64,000 nt of DNA, taken from positions 5,518,001 through 5,582,000 of the forward strand of contig NC_092006.1 of assembly GCF_044704955.1 (NCBI RefSeq), read 5' to 3'. The stretch comes from Pristiophorus japonicus (Eukaryota). Made by a program: the position numbers and the translations under genes. The notes under the pieces were generated by a model. It was not told the DNA's origin, ran no database searches, and saw only the letters and a program-made list of their open reading frames with translations. Within the stretch, counting starts at the first letter, position 1. Each line of letters begins with the position of its first letter. Shown in pieces: positions 11,303-23,494 of this stretch.

Positions 11303-14300
11303 ATGAGCTTCTGTGGCCTCTGTGTGCTGTTCCATCTCTTCCAAGGTGAGATAGCCTTCGATGTTTTGCCAGAGTGGGGAAGGGGTTAGGAGAGAGTCAA
11401 CCAAGGGAAGGGTTTTGGAGCGAATTAATAAGGAAAAGGGTTTTGGAGAGAATTAATAAGGTGAAGGGTTTTGGAGGGAATTAATAAGGAGAAGGGTTTT
11501 GGATAGAATTAATGAGGAGAAGGGTTTTGGAGAGAATTAAAAAGGAGAAGGGTTTTGGAGGGAATTAATAAGGAGAAGGGTTTTGGAGAGAATTAAAAAG
11601 GAGAAGGGTTTTGGAGGGAATTAATAAGGAGAAGGGTTTTGGATAGAATTAATAAGGAGAAGGGTTTTGGAGAGAATTAAAAAGGAGAAGGGTTTTGGAG
11701 GGAATTAATAAGGAGAAGGGTTTTGGATAGAATTAATGAGGAGAAGGGTTTTGGAGAGAATTAATAAGGAGAAGGGTTTTGGATACAATTAATCAGGAGA
11801 AGGGTTTTGGATAGATTTAATAATGAGAAGGGTTTTGGATAGAATTAATAAGGAGAAGGGTTTTGGAGAGAATTAATAAGGAGAAGAGTTTGGATAGATT
11901 TAATAATGAGAAAGGTTTTGGATAGAATTAATAAGGAGAAGGGTTTTGGAGAGAATTAATAAGGAGAAGGGTTTTGGAGAGAATTAATAACGAGAAGGGT
12001 TTTGGAGAGAATTAATAAGGAGAAGGGTTTTGAATAGATTTAATAATGAGAAGGGTTTTGGATAGAATTAATAATGAGAAGGGTTTTGGATAGAATTAAT
12101 AATGAGAAGAGTTTGGATAGATTTAATAATGAGAAAGGTTTTGGATAGAATTAATAAGGAGAAGGGTTTTGGAGAGAATTAATAAGGAGAAGGGTTTTGG
12201 ATACAATTAATAAGGAGAAGGGTTTTGGATACAATTAATAAGGAGAAGGGTTTTGGATAGAATTAATAAGGAGACGAGTTTGGATAGATTTAATAATGAG
12301 AAAGGTTTTGGATAGAATTAATAAGGAGAAGGGTTTTGGATACAATTAATAAGGAGAAGGGTTTTGGATAGATTTAATAATGAGAAGGGTTTTGGATAGA
12401 ATTAATAAGGAGAAGGGTTTTGGAGAGAATTAATAAGGAGAAGGGTTTTGGAGAGAATTAATAAGGAGAAGGGTTTTGAATAGATTTAATAATGAGAAGG
12501 GTTTTGGATAGAATTAATAAGGAGAAGGGTTTTGGATAGAATTAATAAGGAGAAGGGTTTTGGAGAGAATTAATAAGGAGAAGGGTTTTGGATAGAATTA
12601 ATCAGGAGAAGGTTTTGGAGAGAATTAATAAGGAGAAGGGTTTTGGAGAGAATTAATGAGGGGAAGGTTTTGGAGAGAGTTAATAAGGAGGAGGGTTTTG
12701 GAAAGCATTAATAAGGAGAAGGGATTTGGAGAGAATTAATAAGGAGAAGGGTTTTGGATAGAATTAATAATGAGAAGGTGTTTTGGATAGAATTAATAAT
12801 GAGAACGGTTTTGGATAGAATTAATAAGGAGAAGGGTTTTGGAGAGAATTAATAAGGAGAAGGGTTTTGGATAGATTTAATAATGAGAAGGGTTTTGGAT
12901 AGAATTAATAATGAGAAGGGTTTTGGAGAGAATTAATAAGGAGAAGGTGTTTTGGATAGAATTAATAATGAGAACGGTTTTGGATAGAATTAATAAGGAG
13001 AAGGGTTTTGGAAAGAATTAATAAGGAGAAGGGTTTTGGAGAGAATTAATAATGAGAACGGTTTTGGATAGAATTAATAATGAGAAGGGTTTTGGATAGA
13101 ATTAATAAGGAGAAGGATTTTGGAAAGAATTAATAAGGAGAAGGGTTTTGGATAGATTTAATAAGGAGAAGGGTTTTGGATAGATTTAATAAGGAGAAGG
13201 GTTTTGGATAGAATTAATAATGAGAAGGGTTTTGGATAGAATTAATAAGGAGACGGGTTTTGGATAGAATTAATAAGGAGAAGGTTTCCGATCGAGTAAA
13301 GAAGGAGAGATTGTTTCCAGTGGGAGGAGGGTGGGTAAGCAGAGGACACATGTTTGAGATAATCGGTAACAGAACCAGAGGGGGAGTTCAGGACGTGATT
13401 TCAAGCCCTGGGAGCTTGTGCTCGGGAACGCGCTGCCTGAAAGGGGCACTGGGAGCAGATGAAAAAGTGACTTTCAAACGGGGGAATTGGATAAATATTT
13501 GGAAAGGAGGCAATATGCCGGGCTGTGGGGAAAGAGCAGGGGCGGAGTGGGAATGATTGAGTCGCTCTGTCACAGAGCCGGCACAACACAGGTTTGATGG
13601 GCCGAATGGCCTCCTGTGTTGCATCGTTCGATGATACACAAGTTTGCGTTTAACTATAATTTTTTTAAGAAGCAGCTTAGATATTGGGCAAAGTATAAAG
13701 GTGTGCGGGCTTCGCTCAATACCGATCGCGCGACTTTGGAGCCGAACATTGTGATGGGTGAGTGGAAGCGAATGTGACACTGAACTGCCCCCTAACTGAG
13801 ATAAAGATGTCAGTGAACTCCGGTATTTGAAGGCGAGGGTCTGCCGTTGGGAGAGGGGGGCCTGTCTAGTGGAATTAGTGAGAAAGCTATCGCCCCATTT
13901 TAACATAATCAAGCGCCCCCCGGTCCCCAACCCCTGGAGAGATGGATTGGAGAGCCGGGTTAGACCAGGGGGAAGCATAATCGGTTTGGGAGAAGGCTTT
14001 TGCAATCTTAACTGCAGCCAGTCGCCATGGTGCTCGCCAATGATTGGAGCGGATTTCACAGCGAACGGACTCGGACTGTGCGCCTGTGGGAATTGCGGGC
14101 GGAGAGGCGCAATTTAACGGTGCGCAGCACGGCGGAATTTCCCACACGCGCTCCCGACGCGCCAGTGGAGGGGAATTTGAGATGTGTCGGTATCCAGGGT
14201 GACTCGGGGGCCTATAACCTGTTGTTAATATTGTGTTTTTTTTATTTTTGTGTCCCGCCCCCCCCCCCCCGCAACCTTGTCTCAGCTGTCGTGTCTCAGG

Positions 14301-17300
14301 CGGTCTTGAGCCAATTTCCGGCGCTGCTAACGGCCGATGTCGGGAGCCTGGTCAAACTGCAATGCCAGACCGGGAGGCTGGCCCCAAGCATCGTTTACTG
14401 GTACACACACTGGCACCGAGAGGGCATGCGGCTCGTTTACAAAACCGGACGGTTCGTGACGCCCGGGGGAAGATTTTCCGGCGAGGTATGCAAGCAATCA
14501 GGGAATTATTCGCTGGTCATTGACAACGTCCAGAGGAACGATTCTGGGCGGTATTACTGCGCTGCTCCAAACGTCGGGAATCGGTCCCTGATATTCGGGA
14601 CTGGCACCACGCTGGTGATCACAGGTAATCCCACACGCCCATCCAATTGTGCGTCGAGACACCAATTCAAACCTGCCTTGTGCGCCTGGTTAATTCCAAT
14701 TTCCCTTCCATCTAGCGGGCCCCCCGGTCCTCTTCCTCTTAACGCCGCCGCCGGCTGAGATTCCCCGGCTGGAGAGGGTGCCCTTGATGTGTCTGGTACG
14801 GGGCGTTGCTCCCGACTCCTTCCCCATCCGCTGGCTGGTTGCGGGACGGGCCGCCGAGGGATGGAGCGAGCCCGGGACGCTGGAGCCGGACGGGAGCTAT
14901 ACCGCCAGAAGCGTCCTGAGCGTTTCGGCCGAAACCTGGCGCAGCGGCGCCGTCTGCACTTGCACCGTTCCGATCAACGCCACCGGGGATCTCCTGAGTG
15001 AAAGCGTCGCGTCTCCGGGAGGTAACTGGAGCTACTGGCGGTTTGCCAAATAGTTAGTGATAATAATGTTCATTATAGTATTGCTGGGATGTGAGGGGTT
15101 TTTTTGCACGAGAGATTGTGTAGAATGGGCCTATGTTCTCTGGAGTTTCGTATAAGATTATGAGGGGGCTTGACAAGCTGGATGCAGAGAGGATGTTTCC
15201 ACTGATGGGGGAGACTAGAACTAGGGGGCATAATCTCAGAATAAGGGGCCGCCCATTTAAAACTGAGATGAGGAGGAATTTCTTCTCTGAGGGTTGTAAA
15301 TCTGTGGAATTCGCTGCCTCAGAGAGCTGTGGAAGCCGGGACATTGAGTAAATTTACGATAGAAATAGACAGTTTCTTAACTGATAAGTAACTAAGGGGT
15401 TATGGGGAGCGGGCAGGGAAGTGGAGCTGAGTCCATGATCGGATCAGCCATGATCGTATTGAATGGCGGAGCAGGCTCGAGGGGCCGAATGGCCGACTCC
15501 TGCTCCTATTTCTTATGTTCTTATGGAGTTTCGAAGAAGGAGAGGTGATCTCATTGAAACGTACAAGACTCTGAGGGGGATTGACAGGGTGGATGCAGGG
15601 AGGGTGTTTCCCCCCGGGGCTGGGGAGTCTAGAACCAGGGGTCACACAGTCTCAGGGTAAGGGGTTGGCCATTTAAGACTAAGATGAGGAGAACGTTCTT
15701 CACTTGCGATTTACTACGTTACAGGCGCTATATAAATATAAGTTGTTGTATATTGGGAGCACTAGTATGGAAAAGTAGTATTTTATAAATGACATGAGTT
15801 TGGAAAACAGCGAGACAGAGAGAGACCATATACACAAACCTGTAAATGTGGGAAGGGCAGGTTGGCGAGCTGGTTAAACTGGCTTACGGGGTACTTGAAT
15901 TTATATAAGGAGATATTAGAACAGTTGACCAAAAGCTTGGTCAAAGAGGGAGGTTTTACAGAAGGAGGAGAGGCGGAGAGGTTTAGGGAGAGAGTTCCAG
16001 AGCTTGGGGCCCCAGGCAGCTGAAGGCACGGCCACCAATGGTGGAGCGATAGAAATCGGGGGGAATGCTCAAGAGGCCAGGATTGGAAGAGCGCAGAGAT
16101 CACAGCCACTTACGTTGAGACAGTTCATAGTTCGTCACCATGCCTTTGATGATTCGGGCCAAAAACCAGCTTCAAACCCTCAGCGGACGAGGTTTCAGAA
16201 TTTGACTGAATTATTTTGTGTTTCGCTCATTTCACAAGAGTTGTCTTTCTGCCGTTCAGAGCCCCTTCACAGCTCGACCTGCCGCTTCGCGCTTTATGCC
16301 AGCCTGGCGATGGCTCCTCTTGTGATGGGGTTGATCGGTGTCGCGGTGGCACGGCGTGGCAAGACTCGCCAACCAGGTACTGCCCGTCTGAGCCAAACCC
16401 TCAATTTCGCCTTTAGCTGAACCTCTCCCTTTGGCGTGCCGGCCTGGACATTAACGCCAGTCATCTTCTTAAACCTAGAGAGTGCAGCCACGACTGACCG
16501 AGGTACCGCTTCAAGAATAAAGAAAGCAGAAGAGGAGGTAGGTGCCACAAAGATGGGAGATGTTATTTTCATTAAAGAGCGGGGAGCGGGACTAATTGGA
16601 TCATACTTTCAAAGAGCCGACACAAGCTCGAAGGGCCAACTAGCCTCCTTCTGTGCTGTAAGATTCTATACTGGTGTCAAGTGTTTCATTGGTGTCCATG
16701 GACATGTCCGTTGTCAGTAACTTCAATGAGACATTCACATTAATACATTTGTGCCTCTCTCAGAAACAACCCAAAGCTATTCACCTGCAATGAATTGCAT
16801 AAGAACATAAGAATTAGGAACAGGAGTAGGCCATCTAGCCCCTCAAGCCTGCTCCACCATTCAACAAGACCATGGCTGATCTGGCCGTGGACTCAGCTCC
16901 ACTTACCCGCCCGCTCCCCGTAACCCTTAATTCCCTTATTGCTTAAAAATCTATCTATCTGTGACTTGAATGCATTCAATGAGCTAGCCTCAACTGCTTC
17001 CTTGGGCAGAGAATTCCACAGATTCACAACCCTCTGGGAGAAGAAATTCCTTCTCAACTCGGTTTTAAATTGGCTCCCCTGTATTTTGAGGCTGTGCCCC
17101 CTAGTTCTAGTCTCCCCGACCAGTGGAAACAACCTCTCTGCCTCTATCTTGTCTATCCCTTTCATTATTTTAAATGTTTCTAGAAGATCACCCCTCATCC
17201 TTCTGAACTCCAACGAGTAAAGACCCAGTCTACTCAATCTATCATCATAAGGTAACCCCCTCATCTCCGGAATCAGCCTCGTGAATCGTCTCTGTACCCC

Positions 17301-18908
17301 TCCAAAGCCAGTATATCCTTCCTTAAGTAAGGTGACCAAAACTGCACGCAGTACTCCAGGTGCGGCCTCACCAATACCCTATACAGTTGCAGAAGGACCT
17401 CCCTGCTTTTGTACTCCATCCCTCTCGCAATGAAGGCCAACATTCCATTCGCCTTCCTGATTACCTACTGCACCTGCAAACTAACTTTTTGGGATTCATG
17501 CACAAGGACCCCCAGGTCCCTCTGCACCGCAGCATGTTGTAATTTCTCCCCATTCAAATAATATTCCCTTTTACTGTTTTTTTTCCCAAGGTGGATGACC
17601 TCACACTTTCCGACATTGTATTCCATCTGCCAAACCTTAGCCCATTCGCTTAACCTATCTAAATCTCTTTGCAACAGTGATGTCTTGCATTTAAATAGCG
17701 CCTTTGATGTCCTAAGGCGCTTCACAGGAGCATTAGTCAGACAAAAATTAAAGGCCGAACCCCACGAGGAGAGATTACGACAGGTGAGCAAAGGCTTGGC
17801 CGAGGAGGGAGGTTTTAAGGAGGAGAGAGGGGCGGAGAGGTTTATGGAGGGAGTTCCAGAGCTTGGGACCCAGGCAGCTGAAGGCACGGCCACCGATGGT
17901 GGAGCGATTATAATCAGGGATGGTCAAGAGGGCAGAATTGGAGGAGCAGTAGGAGATAGGGAGGGATGTAGGTGCTGGAGGAGAGTACAGACATAAAGAG
18001 GGGTGTATGGGCTGGAGGAGGTTACAGAGATAGGAGGGGTGTAGGGGCTGGAGGAGGTTACAGAGATAGGGAGGGGTGTAAAGTCTAGAGGAGATTACAG
18101 AGATAGAGAGGGGTGTAGGGGCTGGAGCAGGTTACAGAGATAGAGAGGGGTGTAGGGCTGGAGGAGGTTACAGAGATAGGGAGGGTATAGGGGTTGGAAC
18201 AGGTTACAGAGATAGGGAGGGGTGTAGGGGTTGGAGGGGGTTACAAAGATAGGGAGGGGTGTAGGGGTTGGAGGGGGTTACAGAGATAGGGAGGGGTGTA
18301 GGGGCTAAAGGAGGTCACAGAGATAGGGAGGGATGTAGGGGCTGGAGGAGGTTACAGAGTTAGGGAGGGATGTAGAGGCTGGAGGAGGTTGCAGAGATAT
18401 GGAGGGGTGTAGGACTGGAGGAGAGGCAGTACTGAGGGAGCGCCGCACTGTCGGAGGAGCAGTACTGAGGGAACACCGCACTGTCGGAGGGACCGTCTTT
18501 CGGCTGAGACGTTAAACCGAGGCACCATCTGCCCTCTCGGTTGTAAAAGATCCCGGGGCCACTGTTGGAAGAAGAGCAGGGGGAGTTCTCCCCGGTGTCC
18601 TGGGGCCAATATTTATCCCTCAACCAACATCACTAAAAACAGATGATCCGGGTCATTATCACATCGCTGTGTGTGGGAGCTTGCTGTGCGCAAATTGAGC
18701 TGCCGCGTTTCCCACAATACAACAGTGACTGCACTTCAAAAAGTACTTCATTGGCTGTAAGGCGCTTTGGGACGACCGGTGGTGGTGAAGGGCGCTATAG
18801 AAATGCACGTCTATTTCCTTTCAATATAGTTGAGCAGGAAGGTAACGGTTTTCTCGTGTTGTTCCTTCACAGACTATGTACGCGCACCTGGCATTCGCTG
18901 TGGATTAG
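11303..18908 (+). CDS. Non-rearranging VJ-C1 Ig-superfamily transmembrane receptor, 6 exons (11303-11345, 14286-14624, 14716-15021, 16260-16376, 16479-16537, 18873-18908), 299 aa
   Basis: All introns are GT..AG with compatible phases (1,1,1,1,0), and the exons sum to 900 nt. Leader MSFCGLCVLFHLFQAVVS. V domain LQC..VYWY..DSGRYYC with FGTGTTLVIT. C1 domain PVLFLLTP..LMCLV..IRW..DGSYTARSVLSV..W..CTCTV. TM FALYASLAMAPLVMGLIGVAVA. Tail ends EEETMYAHLAFAVD*. AATAAA at 19105. Confidence 0.85.
11405..13285 (-). repeat. 28-bp minisatellite, inverted counterpart in intron 1 of the + gene
   Basis: (AATAAGGAGAAGGGTTTTGGAGAGAATT)n. Confidence 0.95.
14286..14624 (+). CDS. Exon 2: V-set domain with germline-joined J-like G strand
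   Basis: Acceptor ttgtctcag and donor ACAG|gtaatc. Canonical Cys/Trp/DxGxYYC plus FGxGT in one exon, with no RSS or intervening DNA. Confidence 0.92.
14716..15021 (+). CDS. Exon 3: C1-set Ig constant domain
   Basis: Acceptor ttccatctag after a 91-bp intron, donor GGAG|gtaact. C1 signature residues as in Ig/TCR/MHC constant domains. Confidence 0.9.
16260..16537 (+). CDS. Exons 4-5: connecting peptide/TM (16260-16376) and first cytoplasmic exon (16479-16537)
   Basis: Exon 4 reads EPLHSSTCRFALYASLAMAPLVMGLIGVAVARRGKTRQP. A 102-bp GT-AG intron follows, then ESAATTDRGTASRIKKAEEE|gtaggt. Confidence 0.75.
16798..17672 (-). mobile_element. CR1 fragment in the last intron of the receptor gene
   Basis: CR1 ORF2 C-terminal ORFs and tail. 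Confidence 0.88.
17950..18425 (+). repeat. ~37-bp minisatellite (GTTACAGAGATAGGGAGGGGTGTAGGGGCTGGAGGAG)n adjoining an L2-like fragment
   Basis: Tandem periodicity visible directly. Confidence 0.85.
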
Positions 18909-19110
18909 ACCGCATCGTGAGAGCGGGAAGGGTTTGCCGGATCGGAAGAGTTGGGGCCTTGAGAAATACAGCGCCCACTCGCCGCGCCCTCAGTCACAAC
19001 CTGTGCACGGTGACCATTCACTCCAATGTCCCCGAACTCCCAGTGTGACTTTCCTCTGCCGGTAGTTTTGATCAATCTTTGATTCTTGTCTTTATTAGCG
19101 TTGCAATAAA
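18873..19110 (+). CDS. Terminal exon: TMYAHLAFAVD* (ITSM/ITIM-like) plus 3'UTR to the poly(A) signal
   Basis: Strong acceptor ttctcgtgttgttccttcacag; phase 0 matches exon 5. Stop at 18906-18908, AATAAA at 19105-19110. Confidence 0.7.
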
Positions 19111-19945
19111 AACCATTTTATTCTCTTTACAACCTCATGCCCACTTTGAATGCATCCGTTATCAGACACAGAGAAGCGGAATTTATTGTTGAAATCGATG
19201 ATACCTGTTGCTAAAGGGGCCAATTATCTCAGGATCTGTGTTCAGTTTAACTGTCAGAGGGACGAACGTGCATTTTATATCACATAGAAACATAGAAACA
19301 TAGAAAATAGGTGCAGGAACAGGCCATTCGGCCCTTCGAGCCTGCACCACCATTCAATATGATCATGGCTGATCATTCACCTCAGTACCCCTTTCCTGCT
19401 TTCTCTCCATACCCCTTGATCCCTTTAGCCGTATCTAAAGGCCACATCTAACTCCCTCTTGAATATATCCAACGACCTGGCCTCAACAACTCTCTGTGGT
19501 AGAGAATTCCACAGGTTCACAACTCTCTGGGTGAAGAAGTTTCTCCTCATCTCGGTCCTAAATGGCTTACCCCTTATCCTTAGACTGTGACCCCTGGTTC
19601 TGGACTTCCCCAACATCGGGAACATTCTTCCTGAATCTAACCTGTCTAATCCCGTCAGAATTTTATATGTTTCTATGAGATCCCCTCTCATTCTTCTAAA
19701 CTCCAGTGAATATAGGCCCAGTTGATCCAGTCTCTCCTCATATGTCAGTCCAGCCATTCCGAGAAACAGTCTGGTGAACCTTCGCTGCACCCCCTCAATA
19801 GCAAGAACGTCCTTCCTCAGATTAGGAGACCAAAACTGAACACAATATTCCAGGTGTGGCCTCACCAAGGCCCTGTACATCCCGGGAATCAGTCTGGTGA
19901 ACCTTCACTGCACTCCCTCAATAGCAAGAACGTCCTTCCTCAGAT

Positions 19946-22806
19946 AGAGGACAGATGTGCAAATAGATGTTAACAAATATGATGTGATTGGGATTACGGA
20001 GACGTGGCTCCACTATGATCAGGGCTGGGAACTCAACATCCAGGGGTATTCAACATTCAGGAAAGATAGAATAAAAGGAAAAGGAGGTGGGGTAGCATTG
20101 CTGGTTAAGGAGCAAATTAAGGCAATAGTTCGGAAGGACATTAGCTTAGATGATGTGGAATCTATATGGGTAGAGCTGCAGGATACCAAAGGGCAAAAAA
20201 CGTTAGTGGGAGTTGTGTACAGACCTCCAAACAGTAGTAGTGATGTTGGGGAGGGCATCAAACATGAAATTAGGGGTGCGTGCAATAAAGGTGCAGCAGT
20301 TATAATGGGTGACTTTAATATGCACATAGATTGGGTTAACCAAACTGGAAGCAATACGGTGGAGGAGGATTTCCTGGAGTGCATAAGGGATGGTTTTTTA
20401 GACCAATATGTCGAGGAACCAACTAGGGGGGAGGCCATCTTAGACTGGGTGTTGTGTAATGAGAGAGGATTAATTAGCAATCTCGTTGTGCGAGGCCCCT
20501 TGGGGAAGAGTGACCATAATATGGTGGAATTCTGCATTAGGATGGAGAATGAAACAGTTAATTCAGAGACCATGGTCCAGAACTTAAAGAAGGCTAACTT
20601 TGAAGGTATGAGGCGTGAATTGGCTAGGATAGATTGGCGAATGATAATGAAGGGGTTGACTGTGGATGTGCAATGGCAGACATTTAGAGACCGCATGGAT
20701 GAACTACAACAATTGTACATTCCTGTCTGGCGTAAAAATAAAAAAGGGAAGGTGGCTCAACCGTGGCTATCAAGGGAAATCAGGGATAGCATTAAAGCCA
20801 AGGAAGTGGCATACAAATTGGCCAGAAATAGCAGCGAACCCAGGGACTGGGAGAAATTTAGAACTCAGCAGAGGAGAACAAAGGGTTTGATTAGGGCAGG
20901 GAAAATGGAGTACGAAAAGAAGCTTGCAGGGAACATTAAGACGGATTGCAAAAGTTTCTATAGATATGTAAAGAGAAAAAGGTTAGTAAAGACAAACGTA
21001 GGTCCCCTGCAGTCAGAATCAGGGGAAGTCATAACGGGGAACAAAGAAATGGCGGACCAATTGAACAAGTACTTTGGTTCGGTATTCACTGAGGAGGACA
21101 CAAACAACCTTCCGGATATAAAAGGGGTCGGGGGGTCTATTAAGGAGGAGGAACTGAGGGAAATCCTTATTAGTCGGGAAACTGTGTTGGGGAAATTGAT
21201 GGGATTGAAGGCCGATAAATCCCCAGGGCCTGATGGACTGCATCCCAGAGTACTTAAGGAGGTGGCCTTGAAAATAGTGGATGCATTGACAGTCATTTTC
21301 CAACATTCCATTGACTCTGGATCAGTTCCTATGGAGTGGAGGGTAGCCAATGTAACCCCACTTTTAAAAAAAGGAGGGAGAGAGAAAACAGGGAATTATA
21401 GACCGGTCTGCCTGACATCGGTAGTGGGTAAAATGATGGAATCAATTATTAAGAATGTCATAGCAGCGCATTTGGAAAGAGGTAATATGATAGGTCCAAG
21501 TCAGCATGGATTTGTGAAAGGGAAATCATGCTTGACAAATCTTCTGGAATTTTTTGAGGATGTTTCCAGTAGAGTGGACAAGGGAGAACCAGTTGATATG
21601 GTATATTTGGACTTTCAGAAGGCTTTCGACAAGGTCCCACACAAGAGATTAATGTGCAAAGTTAAAGCACATGGGATTGGGGGTAGTGTGCTGACATGAA
21701 TTGAGAACTGGTTGTCAGACAGGAAGCAAAGAGTAGGAGTAAATGGGGACTTTTCAGAATGGCAGGCAGTGACTAGTGGGGTACCGCAAGGTTCTGTGCT
21801 GGGGCCCCAGCTGTTTACACTGTACATTAATGATTTAGACGAGGGGATTAAATGTAGTATCTCCAAATTTGCGGATGACACTAAGTTGGGTGGCAGTGTG
21901 AGCTGTGAGGAGGATGCTATGAGGCTGCAGAGCGACTTGGATAGGTTAGGTGAGTGGGCACATGCATGGCAGATGAAGTATAATGTGGATAAATGTGAGG
22001 TTATCCACTTTGGTGGTAAAAACAGAGAGACAGACTATTATCTGAATGGTGACAGATTAGGAAAAGGGGAGGTGCAAAGAGACCTGGGTGTCATGGTACA
22101 TCAGTCATTGAAGGTTGGCATGCAGGTACAGCAGGCGGTTAAGAAAGCAAATGGCATGTTGGCCTTCATAGCGAGGGGATTTGAGTACAGGGGCAGGGAG
22201 GTGTTGCTACAATTGTACAGGGCCTTGGTGAGGCCACACCTGAAGTATTGTGTACAGTTTTGGTCTCCTAACCTGAGGAAGGACATTCTTGCTATTGAGG
22301 GAGTGCAGCGAAGGTTCACCAGACTGATTCCCGGGATGGCGGGACTGACCTATCAAGAAAGACTGGATCAACTGGGCTTGTATTCACTGGAGTTCAGAAG
22401 AATGAGAGGGGACCTCATAGAAACGTTTAAAATTCTGACGGGGTTAGACAGGTTAGATGCAGGAAGAATGTTCCCAATGTTGGGGAAGTCCAGAACCAGG
22501 GGACACAGTCTAAGGATAAGGGGGAAGCCATTTAGGACCGAGATGAGGAGGAATTTCTTCACCCAGAGAGTGGTGAACCTGTGGAATTCTCTACCACAGA
22601 AAGTTGTTGAGGCCAATTCACTAAATATATTCAAAAAGGAGTTGGATGAAGTCCTTACTACTAGGGGAATCAAGGGGTATGGTGAGAAAGCAGGAATGGG
22701 GTACTGAAGTTGCATGTTCAGCCATGAACTCATTGAATGGCGGTGCAGGCTAGAAGGGCCGAATGGCCTACTCCTGCACCTATTTTCTATGTTTCTATGT
22801 TTCTAT
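19946..22806 (+). mobile_element. Young CR1 LINE with near-complete ORF2 (APE endonuclease + RT) and one in-frame stop at 21697
   Basis: ORFs 19957-21699 and 21712-22707 are in the same frame, with ITETW, GDFN, SDHN and FADD motifs. Nested in an older - strand CR1 (19282-19945, 22807-22900). Confidence 0.95.
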
Positions 22807-22959
22807 GATTAGGAGACCAAAACTGAACACAATATTCCAGGTGTGGCCTCACCAAGGCCCTGTACATCCCGGGAATCAGTCTGGTGAACCTTCGCTGCAC
22901 ACCCCCAGCGGAATTTACAGCTATTTTCGTTGTATCTATAAACCAGTGACCCCTGCTTA

Positions 22960-23210
22960 AAGGGTCACACTCCAAAGTGTCTCCTTGGTTTTTTGGTTTT
23001 TTTTTCCTGAGAGCACCAAAAACACAAATTATACAAGTGGCCCCCCTGACTAACTTAAACAAATTAAACTTTAAATATTGTGGTTCAAATTAACATTTGG
23101 TTGCCGGGCGGGTGCGGGGGGTGATGATGCACTCCAGTCCCTCGGGCGCCCACCTCTCGCAGAAGGCCGCGAGCGTACTGGTGGACACCGTGGAAGAGAA
23201 CGCGCTTTAC
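22960..23210 (-). mobile_element. Probable 3' end of a Tx1/L1-clade LINE
   Basis: Reads TVSTSTLAAFCERWAPEGLECII on the - strand, followed by an A-rich tail. Confidence 0.45.
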
Positions 23211-23494
23211 AACCTTCCCGTTGGAGCTTGTGGGATCTTCCTGTGCGCCAAAGTGGCAGCCGCATGTCGCTACATTGCACTGGTGGCCACACTTCAAGAT
23301 AAAAAGTGCGTTCATTGGCTGGGAAACAGGGCGGGACGTCCCAAGCTCCTTGTGTGCCGCGACAGAAGACCAAAAGTCTTTCCTGACTGGTCACAATGGA
23401 AACGCTGCACAACATCTTTTGGTCAAGTTGTACTCAACACACACAGTTCCAGTTAGTTAACGGAGGGGAAATATACTTGCAACCCAGGGTGGAG

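Larger units (their letters stand above)
1..14326. repeat. Large inverted segmental duplication: arm A 1-~7210, arm B ~9865-14326, spacer ~2.6 kb
   Basis: Position 1 pairs with 14326. The ORF track shows mirrored ORFs (544..936+ vs 13388..14059-; 4448..4774- vs 10985..11173+). Inner parts (6490-7210 vs 9865-10240) align with more mismatches. Confidence 0.93.

Noticed and set aside
14027-14285. N-terminal extension of ORF 14027-14758 as real protein
   Set aside because: It is intron 1 read-through; a proper acceptor at 14285 and an upstream leader exon explain the gene.
14286-15021. Rearranging TCR or Ig light-chain locus
   Set aside because: V and J are fused with no RSS, the J-C intron is 91 bp, the TM has no charged CD3-pairing residues, and there is a Tyr-motif tail.
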